Positions 30,072-40,107 are shown, counted from the stretch's first letter. The stretch: DNA of 64,000 nt from a bacterium (GCA_965202605.1 OZ241838.1:3325008-3389007), one strand, 5' to 3'. The notes: generated by a model from the letters alone, not told the origin. Numbers and translations: made by a program.

Positions 30072-32232
30072 CGAGCGGAAGCGGATAGAAGGTCTCGGTG
30101 GTTCGATAGCCCGGGATCTCCTCCCGTTCCACCAGGCCGTTTATCGGGTTGTAGCGGTACCTCGTGGTGGCGGTTACGCCGTCCGTGGTCTCGGACGTCT
30201 CGGTCCGCCGCACCCGGAAGCTCTGTTTTTTGGCGCCGCCGTGATAGATCATGTTGTTGAAGTGGCCCGACGTATCTACCGCCCAGGTGTTTTCCAGCCT
30301 GCCCACCTCCCCGCCGGTTGCCGTGTATCGGATCTCCTCCTCGAGCAGCCCGCGCCACATGCGCCGCTGCGCCTTGCCCAGGTCGCTCGTGGCGGGCGCC
30401 AGGCCAAGCCGGTCCACGTCCGCCTCGCTCACGAACTCCCGCCGGATCCTGCCGTAGGACGTGCCGTCCCGGTCCACGATGCGCTCCTCCACCCAGGGAT
30501 ACGTCACGGCTTCGACTGGACCGCTTCCGAACCGCCAGAGGTCGGCTGTATCCGGGTAGACGTACCAGGTGGACGCGGCCGGCGTTCCGGCGTCGCCGTC
30601 GTCGTCCACGTCGCGCCGGGAGACGCGGTACGCGTATTCGTCGTACTTCTTCGCGAGGTGGGACGAATCGGGCCGCGCGTGCGCCGACGTGGTAGCCCGT
30701 TCATAGGTAATGGCCATGGTCCGGCCCGTGGGGTACTTTACGCTGGTAAGGCGGTACTTGTACGACGGGGCGTAGTCGAAGTCATAGGAAGGCAGAGGCG
30801 CCCTGCCCTTCCCCTTTACCGTCACCGAAGAAAGCAGCAGAAGGTTCTGCCGCTGATGTTGTTCGAGAGAATCGGACACGGCATAGGGTTCAGGTTTCAG
30901 ACGGTTTGGTTCGAAAGCAAAGTCGATCGTCGTGATGGTCCGTCCGGCGCCGTCCTCGACCGTTATGCTTCTCAGCCGCCTCGTGGTTTCGATGCCGTCC
31001 AGCGACCGGAACAGGAAGGGGTGGTAGAGTTCCTGCGGGGACCGGTAGAGATTCCCGTTGGGCATGGCGGCGATCATCTCCTGCGCGGTGGGAATCCGGA
31101 CCTGCCCTATGGTCGAGTCCGCCACGACCGAGTTGGTGGCGAAGTCGTAATAGTTATTCCCGTTGGAAAACGAATTGCCGGCGAGCGGCAGGTCCTCCGA
31201 TCGCTCCGTCGCGGCAAAAGTCACCCGGCTCACCAGGTCTCCGGCGGGGTTGTGAAAACGGACCTCCGCCAGATGCGACGTCTGGGAGGTCTTGACCACC
31301 GTATACTCGGTGCTGGCTGATCCGATGCGCGGGTCCAGGTCGCCTGCGCTTATCCTGTTCGGGAAGCTGTTGAAGACCTGGCTTCTCTCCTGGTTGGTGC
31401 GCACGGTGGTCACCGGCTTGTCCGCCTCGTATCGGAAGTAGACGGTATTGCCCTGCGGATCCCTGATGGAGGCGAGATTCCACTGGTATACGAAGCTCCT
31501 GTTCAGCCAGCCGGAGACGATGACGGTCTCTCCCCGCAAGTCTGTTTCGGAGCCGAACGCCATGGCTTCCGTGGTGAGGTTGGCCCCGTATCCGTCAGCG
31601 GGGCCGAAGGTATAGACGTTTCCCGACAGGTCTGTCGCGGTCCAGGTCGATGTCAGCGAATCCTCATTCGCCCACCTGATGTCCCAGAACTGCCGGCGCT
31701 CGACGAAGAACCGGTTGGTGAGCGATGCGTTAGTTCCGCCCGATTCCTTCTGACGGATGAGCGGGTGGTACCCGCCGGGCAGCACCAGGGCCATGTCGTA
31801 CTCGTTAGGGTTGTTGGTGATCCACTCGCCCTGGCCCGGCTCCGTCGTATTGTAGCCGCCGATGACCTTGACCGCTCCCACGGTGAGGTTCCAACCCAGG
31901 CCCGCCCATGAAGGCTGGTTGAGCGTGTAGGTGGCTTTGCCGTCCGCGACGTTCCCCCGCAGGAGCCGGTCCGGCCCCGCGATGCCGCTGCTGTATTCGA
32001 GGGCCAGCGGCCAGGACAGGTCTCCGGAACCGGCCACCGTGGCCAGCGGCAGCGAGAAGGACCAGTCGCCGGTGAAGTAGTCCACCCGGTCCGCCTCCAG
32101 GGTGCTTTGAAGGTGCTCGAAATCATAGGCCCCGTGGGTCAGCTGCCCGGTCGCCGCCTGTCCGGAGGCGGAAAGGACGCCGATCATCAGCGCCAGGGCG
32201 GCAAGCAGCCGTATGGCAAACGGGCCAGTCAT
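30000..32232 (-). CDS. SpvB-like N-terminal region of the Rhs protein, with Sec-type signal peptide; frameshifted relative to the Rhs core
   Basis: ORF 28927..32451 is meaningful from the ATG at 32232 (MTGPFAIRLLAALALMIGVLSASGQA) to about 30000 (...DWSDDPPSLGDTQG), with SpvB-like LALEYSS and GLGWNL motifs. Beyond that it becomes Arg-rich out-of-frame read-through of the Rhs core. Confidence 0.6.
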
Positions 32233-33002
32233 GCTGAAATTCTTACTTGCCGGTGATATTGGCGATGTGTTTTGAATTGCTTCCGCCGCATTATGGTCCC
32301 GGTACGGGAACGATGCGCGGACGCAAGGCGCCGCCCCTCCCCTCCGGTCCTTGCCGCGGCCGGATGTGCGTGATTGTGATGCGTCGTGCGATGTAGGGTG
32401 TGTGCGGACGTGCATGGCTCCCCTGCCTTTCTGTTCGATCAGAAGTAGCACGGGGACGCTCGAGGTCCGCGGGGTGCGGGTCCGCTAAGGGACGCGAGGG
32501 TATTCTGATGCGGTGGTAATGCTCTCGCTCAGGCGGCACGCGTGAGCGAAATGACAATACGAAGATTACAACATTACGATACTATGATATTGCGTTCCTA
32601 CCGATTTACCGGACTGAACCCTCCTTTCGTGAGCGATCCGAATCGTGAGCGATCTGAAACGGATCACGCGTCCATGTTACGTGCGTGACCGCACACAACG
32701 ATATACTATACGTATGTTTAGTTAATGTGTCAAGAGCAAAAATGAAAAAACGCCTTTCAGGACGAAAAGCCCGTTCCGTATCCCGCGCTTACCGGATGGT
32801 ATGGATGCCACAAAGGGGATTGCGCAAGTTCCGACGCGGAATTAGATTTGACAGGAACTCCGAAGTCCCGGGGATCGTATGAATATCGTCGGTGCGCGAC
32901 TGACGCGGATGTCGGTCGAACCGCTGAATCCGATCGTTGTTTTCGTGATCCCCTCTACGAATTCAGCCGTCCGGTACGAAGAGTGGTGCGAGGATCCGCC
33001 CC

Positions 33003-33851
33003 ATGCATCCCACGCCTCTGACCGAATCCCAGCGGCGGTCCTTTGAGGAGGACGGTTACCTGATCGTCCGTAACGCGCTGGACCCCGTGGAAATCGAAGT
33101 GCTGACGGAGACGGGCGACCGGCTCATGGAAGGCTTCGAGTACCCCGGCTTCTATGCCCATCGCCGTCCCGGTCTCGTGCAGGAGCGGCCCTTCCTGGAT
33201 CTCGTCACGAACGAGCGCACGGTCCCGCTGATCGTGGCCCTCCTCGGCTTCAACATCCATATCACGAACACGGCGCTCATCCACAAGCACCCAGAGGCGC
33301 CCGGGGATACCGACCAGGTCAACTGGCACCGCGACGTGGGCGTTTCGCTGGACGTCGGCCACGTGGTGCTGCCCCTCGTCGGCCTGAAGATCGGCTATTG
33401 CCTGACGGATTTCCCCGGTCCGGACACAGGGGCGACGATGTTCGTGCGGGGCAGCAACAACATGAAGTCCGCGCTGCCGATACGAAAGGGCCAGATCCAT
33501 CCGGACGAATACGTACAGCCGGTCCTGCGGGCCGGCGACGCCTTCCTCTTCGAAAACCGGACCTACCACGCGGCCGGACTGAATTTCACGAAAGAGACCG
33601 CCAGGGTCGTCATCTACGGCTACCACTACCGGTGGATCAAGCCGGACCACTACATGCGCTTCTACAATGATGAGACGCAGCCCGATGCCGGCCTGCTCGC
33701 AGCTACCGACGACATCGGACGCCAACTACTGGGCGCCACGGTGGACTCACAGGGCCGCGAGGCGCCGGACGGCATCGACTGGCCCATCCGGGAATGGGCC
33801 GAACGGCACGGAATGGATGTAGCCCAGGACGTGCATACCATAGAAGCCTGA
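33003..33851 (+). CDS. Phytanoyl-CoA dioxygenase (PhyH) family protein
   Basis: PhyH-like sequence (HxD...H Fe-binding pattern context); paralogous in type to 3822..4601 and 53329..54102. Confidence 0.65.
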   Translation: MHPTPLTESQRRSFEEDGYLIVRNALDPVEIEVLTETGDRLMEGFEYPGFYAHRRPGLVQERPFLDLVTNERTVPLIVALLGFNIHITNTALIHKHPEAPGDTDQVNWHRDVGVSLDVGHVVLPLVGLKIGYCLTDFPGPDTGATMFVRGSNNMKSALPIRKGQIHPDEYVQPVLRAGDAFLFENRTYHAAGLNFTKETARVVIYGYHYRWIKPDHYMRFYNDETQPDAGLLAATDDIGRQLLGATVDSQGREAPDGIDWPIREWAERHGMDVAQDVHTIEA

Positions 33852-33956
33852 GAAGCCTGATCCAGGCGACCTGATAAACCGGCGTTTGCAAACCGGACTT
33901 TTGCAAATGGATCAGGTCCGACAGACCGGCTCCACACCCGAACCGGACGAGATGCC

Positions 33957-34682
33957 ATGTACCTGAAGCACATGCTTCCCCATCAACTGCGCGAGGCAGT
34001 GGAACGGGACGATCCGCTGCTGGTCCCTGCCGGTTGCATCGAGACCCACGGACCGCACATGGCCATCGGTCACGATACGATCATCGTGGAAGAGATCTGC
34101 GCGCGGGTGGCGGAGCACCTGGACGTGGTCATCTCTCCGCCCTTCGACTTCGGTCCCACCGGTTACGCCCTCGGCGGCCCCGAGGACGGCACCATCGATC
34201 CGGACTATGCAGCTTTCGGGTCGTTCGTGAAGTCCATTCTACGCAACTTCCTGGAGATGGGCTTCCAGCGTGTCTACGTGATGATCATGCACCAGGGCAT
34301 GGAGGCACCCCTGGTGCTGGCCTTCAAGAAGGCCGCGGCGGAGTTGTCCTTCGAAATGGTCCTGGCCGATGGCAATCCGCGGGGATGGTGGGCAGACGCC
34401 AGCATGTCCAGGGAATCCCGCCAGTTCGGCCGGGTCCAGGTGCACCCCATGATCCTGCCGGCGGCCTCACCCCCGGCCGGCGGCGACCACGCCGGGTACA
34501 ACGAGACCTCCTTCCTGCTGGCCACGCGCCCCGAACTGGTGGACCAGGGCCGCCTGGACGAGAACGCGCCGTGGTACTGCCGGCAGGAGGAAGACCGGAA
34601 CAGCTGGACCGCCAATGCCGCTCACGGGGATGCCATGGTGGAAGCGGTCGTGGGCGCGTGGGTCGAGATGTTGAAGGATTAG
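33957..34682 (+). CDS. Creatininase-family amidohydrolase
   Basis: CIETHGPHMAIGHD motif region typical of the creatininase family. Confidence 0.65.
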   Translation: MYLKHMLPHQLREAVERDDPLLVPAGCIETHGPHMAIGHDTIIVEEICARVAEHLDVVISPPFDFGPTGYALGGPEDGTIDPDYAAFGSFVKSILRNFLEMGFQRVYVMIMHQGMEAPLVLAFKKAAAELSFEMVLADGNPRGWWADASMSRESRQFGRVQVHPMILPAASPPAGGDHAGYNETSFLLATRPELVDQGRLDENAPWYCRQEEDRNSWTANAAHGDAMVEAVVGAWVEMLKD

Positions 34683-34770
34683 TGGTAGCGGTCGAGAGCG
34701 CGTGGACCGAGATATTAAAGGGTTAGTGGAAGCGGTCGCGAGCGCACGGATCGAGATGTTGCGGCGTTAA
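34638..34770. repeat. Three tandem copies of about 44 bp spanning the creatininase 3' end, each ending in a stop codon
   Basis: Copies at 34638-34682 (...gttgaaggattag), 34683-34726 (...attaaagggttag) and 34727-34770 (...gttgcggcgttaa). Encode VVGAWVEMLKD*, VVAVESAWTEILKG* and VEAVASARIEMLRR*. Confidence 0.85.
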
Positions 34771-34877
34771 TCGATCGAAACACCAGTAAGGGCCGACTGT
34801 TACGCGGCTACCGGATAAGCCGCCGCGCATTACCGTATCTGAGTTTAACAGCTAATCATCGTGGAAAGGAGCAATCC

Positions 34878-35588
34878 ATGCGGTCCATTTTCGTCGGCAT
34901 CGAATACGCCGGCAAGTCCACCCTCATCGATCTGCTGGACGCCTACTACCAGAAACGTCGGCGCCGGACGCATCTCGACGATCACTTCACCATCCCGGAC
35001 GCGTCCCTGAGTCCCACGTCCCGGGCGCAGTACGTCCACTACCCCGACGACGTGAAGGAACGCATGCAGCGGATGCAGCTCCACTACCACGTGGAGGTCA
35101 TCCGGAACTACCCCCATACGCTGATCGCGGGCTGGCATATCGAGGAAGCCATCTACTGCGACGTGTACGGCAACGTGGCGGGGAACCCGTACTATCCCAA
35201 CTACGTCCACCACAACCAGCGGCACTACGAGGTGCTGGTGCTGGAAGCCCGGCTGCCCGACGTCGTGCTGATCCACCTCACGGCCGACGACGAGGCGATC
35301 CGGGAACGCATGCGCACCGATCCCCACGAGTACCAGATCATCGACGAAAAGGATATACCGGATCTCAAGAAACGCTTCGAGGACGAGGTCGACCGGTCGC
35401 TCCTTACGCGCAACGGCCACCTCGTCACGCTGGATACGACCGAAAAGTCGCCGGAGGAGTCGCTGGACGAATTGCTGCTGAAGACCGATCCGATCGTGAC
35501 CGACGGGGAACTGGCCATGCGGGCCATGCCGGTGCCCGAAGGGGATTACGAGGTCCAGTACGAGAACAGGGTAAGGAAGATGGTGTGA
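34878..35588 (+). CDS. P-loop NTPase, kinase-like, hypothetical
   Basis: Walker A-like GIEYAGKST near the N-terminus. No confident family. Confidence 0.45.
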   Translation: MRSIFVGIEYAGKSTLIDLLDAYYQKRRRRTHLDDHFTIPDASLSPTSRAQYVHYPDDVKERMQRMQLHYHVEVIRNYPHTLIAGWHIEEAIYCDVYGNVAGNPYYPNYVHHNQRHYEVLVLEARLPDVVLIHLTADDEAIRERMRTDPHEYQIIDEKDIPDLKKRFEDEVDRSLLTRNGHLVTLDTTEKSPEESLDELLLKTDPIVTDGELAMRAMPVPEGDYEVQYENRVRKMV

Positions 35589-35705
35589 AGCTCGATGGAT
35601 GGCAGGAACCAGTGCACATCTTTTACTGGCTGATTCAGATTTGGTTACGAGATTGCCGACTTGATATCGACTAACTCGGTATGGAACTGAAACGACGTTC
35701 TCAGG

Positions 35706-35945
35706 TTGGTTTATTCAGGCCGGCAAATGGAACACCACATGAAGACTGATCCTAATAAGACAACTTTGAATGAGCATCTTAATGCGAGGCTAAATCGCGA
35801 TGCCGGTGTCGTTGTGCATGATTCAATAGATGGCGAACTCGGTTTACTCTACGATGCTGCGGACAATACCGTTTGGCTCTGTTGGAAGGAAAATGGGAGT
35901 ATTTACATGGAGGATAATCCCTGCTCAGTCAAGGAGCCGGCATGA
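35706..35945 (+). CDS. Hypothetical small protein in a low-GC patch
   Basis: 79-aa ORF with AT-richer composition than surroundings; stop overlaps the start of the next small ORF (ATGA). Confidence 0.3.
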   Translation: MVYSGRQMEHHMKTDPNKTTLNEHLNARLNRDAGVVVHDSIDGELGLLYDAADNTVWLCWKENGSIYMEDNPCSVKEPA

Positions 35946-36166
35946 GTGAGAGCGAATGGTTACCTCCGTTAATAACGGTGGTTGGTGCTGCTATTGTTGG
36001 ATTCGCCGGACTGGTTGCTGGTTGGCTGTTTTTCGTTCGTGGGAATATGGCCACCAAGAATGATATCAATGGCATTAACAAAACAATTCACGATATGAAT
36101 ACTCTATTGGGTAACGTAGAGGGTAAAGTCAGTATTCATGATTTGAAATTGGTTGAAAGAAACTGA
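35942..36166 (+). CDS. Hypothetical small membrane protein in a low-GC patch
   Basis: 74 aa with one hydrophobic helix (LITVVGAAIVGFAGLVAGWLFF). Translationally coupled to the upstream small ORF. Confidence 0.3.
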   Translation: MSESEWLPPLITVVGAAIVGFAGLVAGWLFFVRGNMATKNDINGINKTIHDMNTLLGNVEGKVSIHDLKLVERN

Positions 36167-36225
36167 AGTAGTTGATAAAACAAAATGTCAGTGAATTCGA
36201 TCATCGACATATTAGTTACATACTC

Positions 36226-36256
36226 AAAAGCCCCGGGCAGAAAGCTCGGGGCTTTT
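36226..36256. terminator. Rho-independent terminator-like hairpin between convergent genes
   Basis: aaaagccccg (36226-36235), 11-nt loop, cggggctttt (36247-36256). Perfect 10-bp stem flanked by A-run and T-run, so it could act in both directions. Confidence 0.5.
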
Positions 36257-36331
36257 CAATACTGAGTGGTGATTCAGGGCTATTTCCAATTAAAACCAAT
36301 ACTTACCGGTTTATCAGGCTTTGTCGGGTCT

Positions 36332-37471
36332 CTACGCCGCCAGACCCTTGCCCTGGGCTTCCTTGACACATTCCGCGAGGATGGGTATGCCTTCGTGGAT
36401 ATCCTCGATCGTGGGGAACCCGTAGGCAATGCGCAGGTAGGGTACGTCCTCGCCCGTGGCGCTGAAGCCCTGTCCGGGGGTGTAGTAGACTCCACGGCTT
36501 GCCGCTGCCTGGTGGACCTTGCGCGTGTCCGCCGCCGAGGGGATCCTGACCCATACGAACATGCCGCCGGGCGGATCCGTCCAGCATACCTCCTCACCCA
36601 GATCACTGAAGTGGGTCGATAACGAATCGACTACGGCGTCCTTGCGCGCCTTCATGACGGCGTTCACCTCTCGGATGTGGTCCCAGAGATGTTCGCCGAA
36701 GTATTCGGCCACGATCATGCTCGCCAGGGCATTCGTTCCCCCGTCCATCTTGTTCGCCATGATCCGCTGCTGCAACGTCTCCGGCGCCATGAAGTACCCC
36801 TGCCGGACGCCCGGTCCGAGGATCTTGGAGAATGAACCGACGTAAACGACCCGTTCGTCTTCGTCCAGATGATACAGGTTCGGCGGCACCGGTTCGGTCT
36901 GGAACACGATGTCCCCGTAGCAGTGGTCGTCCACCACCAGCGTATCGAATTCACGGGCCAGTTCGAGCAGGCGTTCCCGCCGGTCCAGCGAGAGGATGGA
37001 GCCCGTGGGGTTGTGATGCGTGGGAATGGTATAGATGAATTTCGGCGGCGTTCCCGCGTCGATGAGCCACTTCAACACCGTCTCCAGTTCGTCCGGCACC
37101 AGGCCGTGGTCATCGATAGGCGTTGGCGCGATGCGCACCTGCCGGCTTCGGAACACGCTCAGCGACCCGCCGTAGGAAAAGGATTCCGTGACGATCGTGT
37201 CGCCGGGAGACGCGAAGGCGTCCGTGATCAACTGCAGCGCCTGCATCGATCCGGATGTCAAGACGATCTCCTCCAGGGGCACCGCCCGTCCGGCGCTGCG
37301 CTCGAACCGTTCCGAAGCGATGGCCCGCAGCGGTTCGTAACCCCGGCCGTCCGGGTAATTCACGAGTTCTGCCCCGCGGGTGGAAATCACCTTCGCGGCG
37401 GCCTCGGCCAGCGCATCTGAAGGGAAGGACAACGGGTCGGGCCTTCCTGCGCCGAGATTGATCTCACGCAT
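36332..37471 (-). CDS. PLP-dependent aminotransferase (class I/II fold)
   Basis: Aminotransferase-like motifs including SFSKILGPGVRQGY (PLP-lysine region). Probable ATG at 37471 preceded by AGGAG; the ORF track extends to 37543. Confidence 0.75.
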   Translation of the reverse strand: MREINLGAGRPDPLSFPSDALAEAAAKVISTRGAELVNYPDGRGYEPLRAIASERFERSAGRAVPLEEIVLTSGSMQALQLITDAFASPGDTIVTESFSYGGSLSVFRSRQVRIAPTPIDDHGLVPDELETVLKWLIDAGTPPKFIYTIPTHHNPTGSILSLDRRERLLELAREFDTLVVDDHCYGDIVFQTEPVPPNLYHLDEDERVVYVGSFSKILGPGVRQGYFMAPETLQQRIMANKMDGGTNALASMIVAEYFGEHLWDHIREVNAVMKARKDAVVDSLSTHFSDLGEEVCWTDPPGGMFVWVRIPSAADTRKVHQAAASRGVYYTPGQGFSATGEDVPYLRIAYGFPTIEDIHEGIPILAECVKEAQGKGLAA

Positions 37472-37725
37472 CGAATTGCTCCTGTTGATGGCGGTTACGC
37501 CCGGTGTTTGATTTCGACGGCTAAGCGTGTTCGGGATAGTCAATCAAGGAATGTAGAGTGGCCGTCCCACGCCTGTCAACCGCTTATGCACAAACTGTGA
37601 GCCCTATCCATGGAAAGTAGTGGGCGCCGGGGTCAGGCTAAAATGGGCGCCGTTGACAGGTAATCGCGACCTTTCTACATTCACTCTACCGGTCCCTGAA
37701 GTTCGAATCCATCGGTTCTCCAATC

Positions 37726-40107
37726 ATGACCTCGTTCCGCTTCCTTCTGCTTTTCAGTATCATCATGACGTCTGCGGACGTTGTTGAAGCCCAGGACCAG
37801 CCATCCATCCGCGCCCAGGATGCGCCTTCGACACAGACGCAAATCATACGCCCGGTCCGCGTCGAGATCCCGCTTTTCGAAGGCGGGCAGGGGCTGGAGT
37901 TCTTCCTCGAGTGCGCCCGGACCTATGAACAGGAGCACAAGGGCGTAGTGATCGACCTTTACGGCGATCCCCGCATCCACGACAAGGTGCGGGTGCGCAT
38001 CCTTGAACGGTCCTTCCCCGAGGTCACCAACGCCAGCCTCAACTACTGGGCGCTCATCCGCAACGGCGACCTGCTGCCCCTGGACGAGTTCCTCGACCAG
38101 CCCAACTGGGAGGGCGACCGTACCTGGCGCGAATCGTTCCTGCCCGGAACCCTGTCCCGCTACACCCACGAGGGCAACACCTACGGCGTCCCCCTGATGG
38201 CCTCTGCCTACGCCGTGTGGTACAACAAGAACCTCTTTGAAGAGCACGGCTGGCAACCGGCCACGACCTGGGAGGAGTTCTTTGCACTATGTGAAGAGAT
38301 CAAGGCCGCCGGCATGTGGCCGCTCGCCTTCCAGGGCCGGTATCCGGGCTACGTGCAGGCCGTGATCGACCACGCGTACTATCACCTCGCCGGTCCGCGT
38401 CGCTACTTCGACCAGAAGAACCTGGTGCCCGGCAGTTTCGACAATCCCGAGTTCGCCGAGTCCCTTTCCATTGCGCAACAGATCGCGTTGAACTACTTCC
38501 AGCCTGGCGCCATGGGCATGAGCCATACCGAATCGCAGCTCGAGTTCTTCCTGGGGCACACGGCCATGATCTTCTGCGGTTCGTGGCTCAAGAGCGAGAT
38601 GCTGGGCAAGATACCGGACGGCTTCCGGCTCGGGTCCTTCAACCTGCCGGTGGCGCCCACGGGCAAGGCGGATCCATCGGCCGTCTACGGCGGGTCCGGG
38701 TACTATTTCGTCCTGAAGGACAGCGACCATCCCCGGGAAGGCGTCGAGTTCCTGCGGTTCATGACTTCCCGCCGCATGGCCGGTCTTTTCGCGCGGATGC
38801 GCGACATCCCCGTGTCCGTGGCCGGCGTATCCGAAGAGCACCTAACGGAAGACATGGCCGACCTGGCGGCCATGCTGAGGGACGCGGCCGTCACCTACGG
38901 CACGCCGCCCGGGGAGGGCTATCCGGCCATGACCCAGTACTGGACCGATGCGCGATTCAGGGTGATCACGGGACAGACCACGCCCGCGGAGGCCGCCGCG
39001 GAACTGGAAGCCAACGCGGCCGTGGTACGGCGGCAGTCCCTGGCGCCGGACGAGATCAACATCCGGCACGTATGGAAGCCGGCCCTGCTGATCGGCCTCA
39101 TGGCCCTGGCCGTGGTCTACTGGTCGGCCACCACCTACAAACGCTACCGGGATCGGCGCCGCGCGGGAATCAATACGACGGAGGCCCGGCCCTTCCTGCG
39201 CCGGACCGACCGGATCATCCTCATCGCGCCGGCCCTGGTGCTGTACACGGTGTTCGTGATCATCCCGAGCGCGAAGTCGTTCCTCTGGAGCCTGAACGAA
39301 TGGGACGGGCTGACCGACATGCGGTTCACGGGCCTGCTCAACTTCGGCCGCCTGCTCTTCGAAAGCGACGGATTCTGGATCGCGCTGAACAACAACCTGT
39401 TCATCATGTTCGTCATCCCCCTGTTCGTCATCCCGCTCTCCCTCTTCCTGGCCGTCTGCATCAGCCGCGAGATCTGGGGTTCGCGGTTCTTCCGCATCGC
39501 CTTCTTCTTCCCCAACATACTCGGAGCCGTCGCCGCCACGCTGCTCTGGATGCACCTCTACAACCCCCAGGGCGGGCCGATCAACACCGCGCTGGTGGGA
39601 CTCGGGGTGATCCTGTCCGCGGCAGGCCTCGAAAGCGCAGGAAGCTGGCTGCAGGCCATGGAAGGATTCGCGTGGCTGTCGCAGTCCAACCTGTACTGGG
39701 CACTCATCCCCATGTCCATCTGGGGCGCCTGCGGCTTCAACATGATCCTATTTCTGGCTGCCATGGAGAGCATCCCCCAGAGTCTCTACGAAGCGGCGGA
39801 TATCGACGGCGCCTCGTCGTGGCGGCAATTCTGGACCATCACCCTGCCGCTGATCTGGGAGGTGCTGTCCATCTCCATCGTGTTCATGGTCATCGGCGGT
39901 ATGAAGGCCTTCGAGACCATCTGGCTGCTCACCAACCAGACGCCCACCACGCAGGTGCACGTCATCGGCACGCTCATGGTGCAGGACATGTTCACCGAGT
40001 TCAAGATCGGCGAGGCCACGGCCATCGCGGTGCTGCTGTTCATCATGGTCTTCTTCGGCACAGCCGCCACGCTCAGGGCCATGCGAAGGGAAACGGTGGA
40101 ATTCTGA
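37726..40107 (+). CDS. ABC transporter: fused periplasmic solute-binding domain and permease (MalF-like) domain
   Basis: Single 793-aa ORF. N-terminal signal peptide plus family-1 solute-binding-like region; C-terminal multi-TM permease with EAA motif (EAADIDGAS). Confidence 0.7.
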   Translation: MTSFRFLLLFSIIMTSADVVEAQDQPSIRAQDAPSTQTQIIRPVRVEIPLFEGGQGLEFFLECARTYEQEHKGVVIDLYGDPRIHDKVRVRILERSFPEVTNASLNYWALIRNGDLLPLDEFLDQPNWEGDRTWRESFLPGTLSRYTHEGNTYGVPLMASAYAVWYNKNLFEEHGWQPATTWEEFFALCEEIKAAGMWPLAFQGRYPGYVQAVIDHAYYHLAGPRRYFDQKNLVPGSFDNPEFAESLSIAQQIALNYFQPGAMGMSHTESQLEFFLGHTAMIFCGSWLKSEMLGKIPDGFRLGSFNLPVAPTGKADPSAVYGGSGYYFVLKDSDHPREGVEFLRFMTSRRMAGLFARMRDIPVSVAGVSEEHLTEDMADLAAMLRDAAVTYGTPPGEGYPAMTQYWTDARFRVITGQTTPAEAAAELEANAAVVRRQSLAPDEINIRHVWKPALLIGLMALAVVYWSATTYKRYRDRRRAGINTTEARPFLRRTDRIILIAPALVLYTVFVIIPSAKSFLWSLNEWDGLTDMRFTGLLNFGRLLFESDGFWIALNNNLFIMFVIPLFVIPLSLFLAVCISREIWGSRFFRIAFFFPNILGAVAATLLWMHLYNPQGGPINTALVGLGVILSAAGLESAGSWLQAMEGFAWLSQSNLYWALIPMSIWGACGFNMILFLAAMESIPQSLYEAADIDGASSWRQFWTITLPLIWEVLSISIVFMVIGGMKAFETIWLLTNQTPTTQVHVIGTLMVQDMFTEFKIGEATAIAVLLFIMVFFGTAATLRAMRRETVEF

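Noticed and set aside
32685-32882. 65-aa basic ORF in the divergent intergenic region between the Rhs gene and the PhyH gene
   Set aside because: No RBS, no recognisable fold; the region is more plausibly promoter/5' UTR for the flanking divergent genes.
38316-40106. N-terminal 600 aa of the 927-aa ORF 38316..41099
   Set aside because: Out-of-frame overlap of the solute-binding/permease gene with Arg-rich nonsense; only the part from ATG 40107 (MalG-like permease) is credible.
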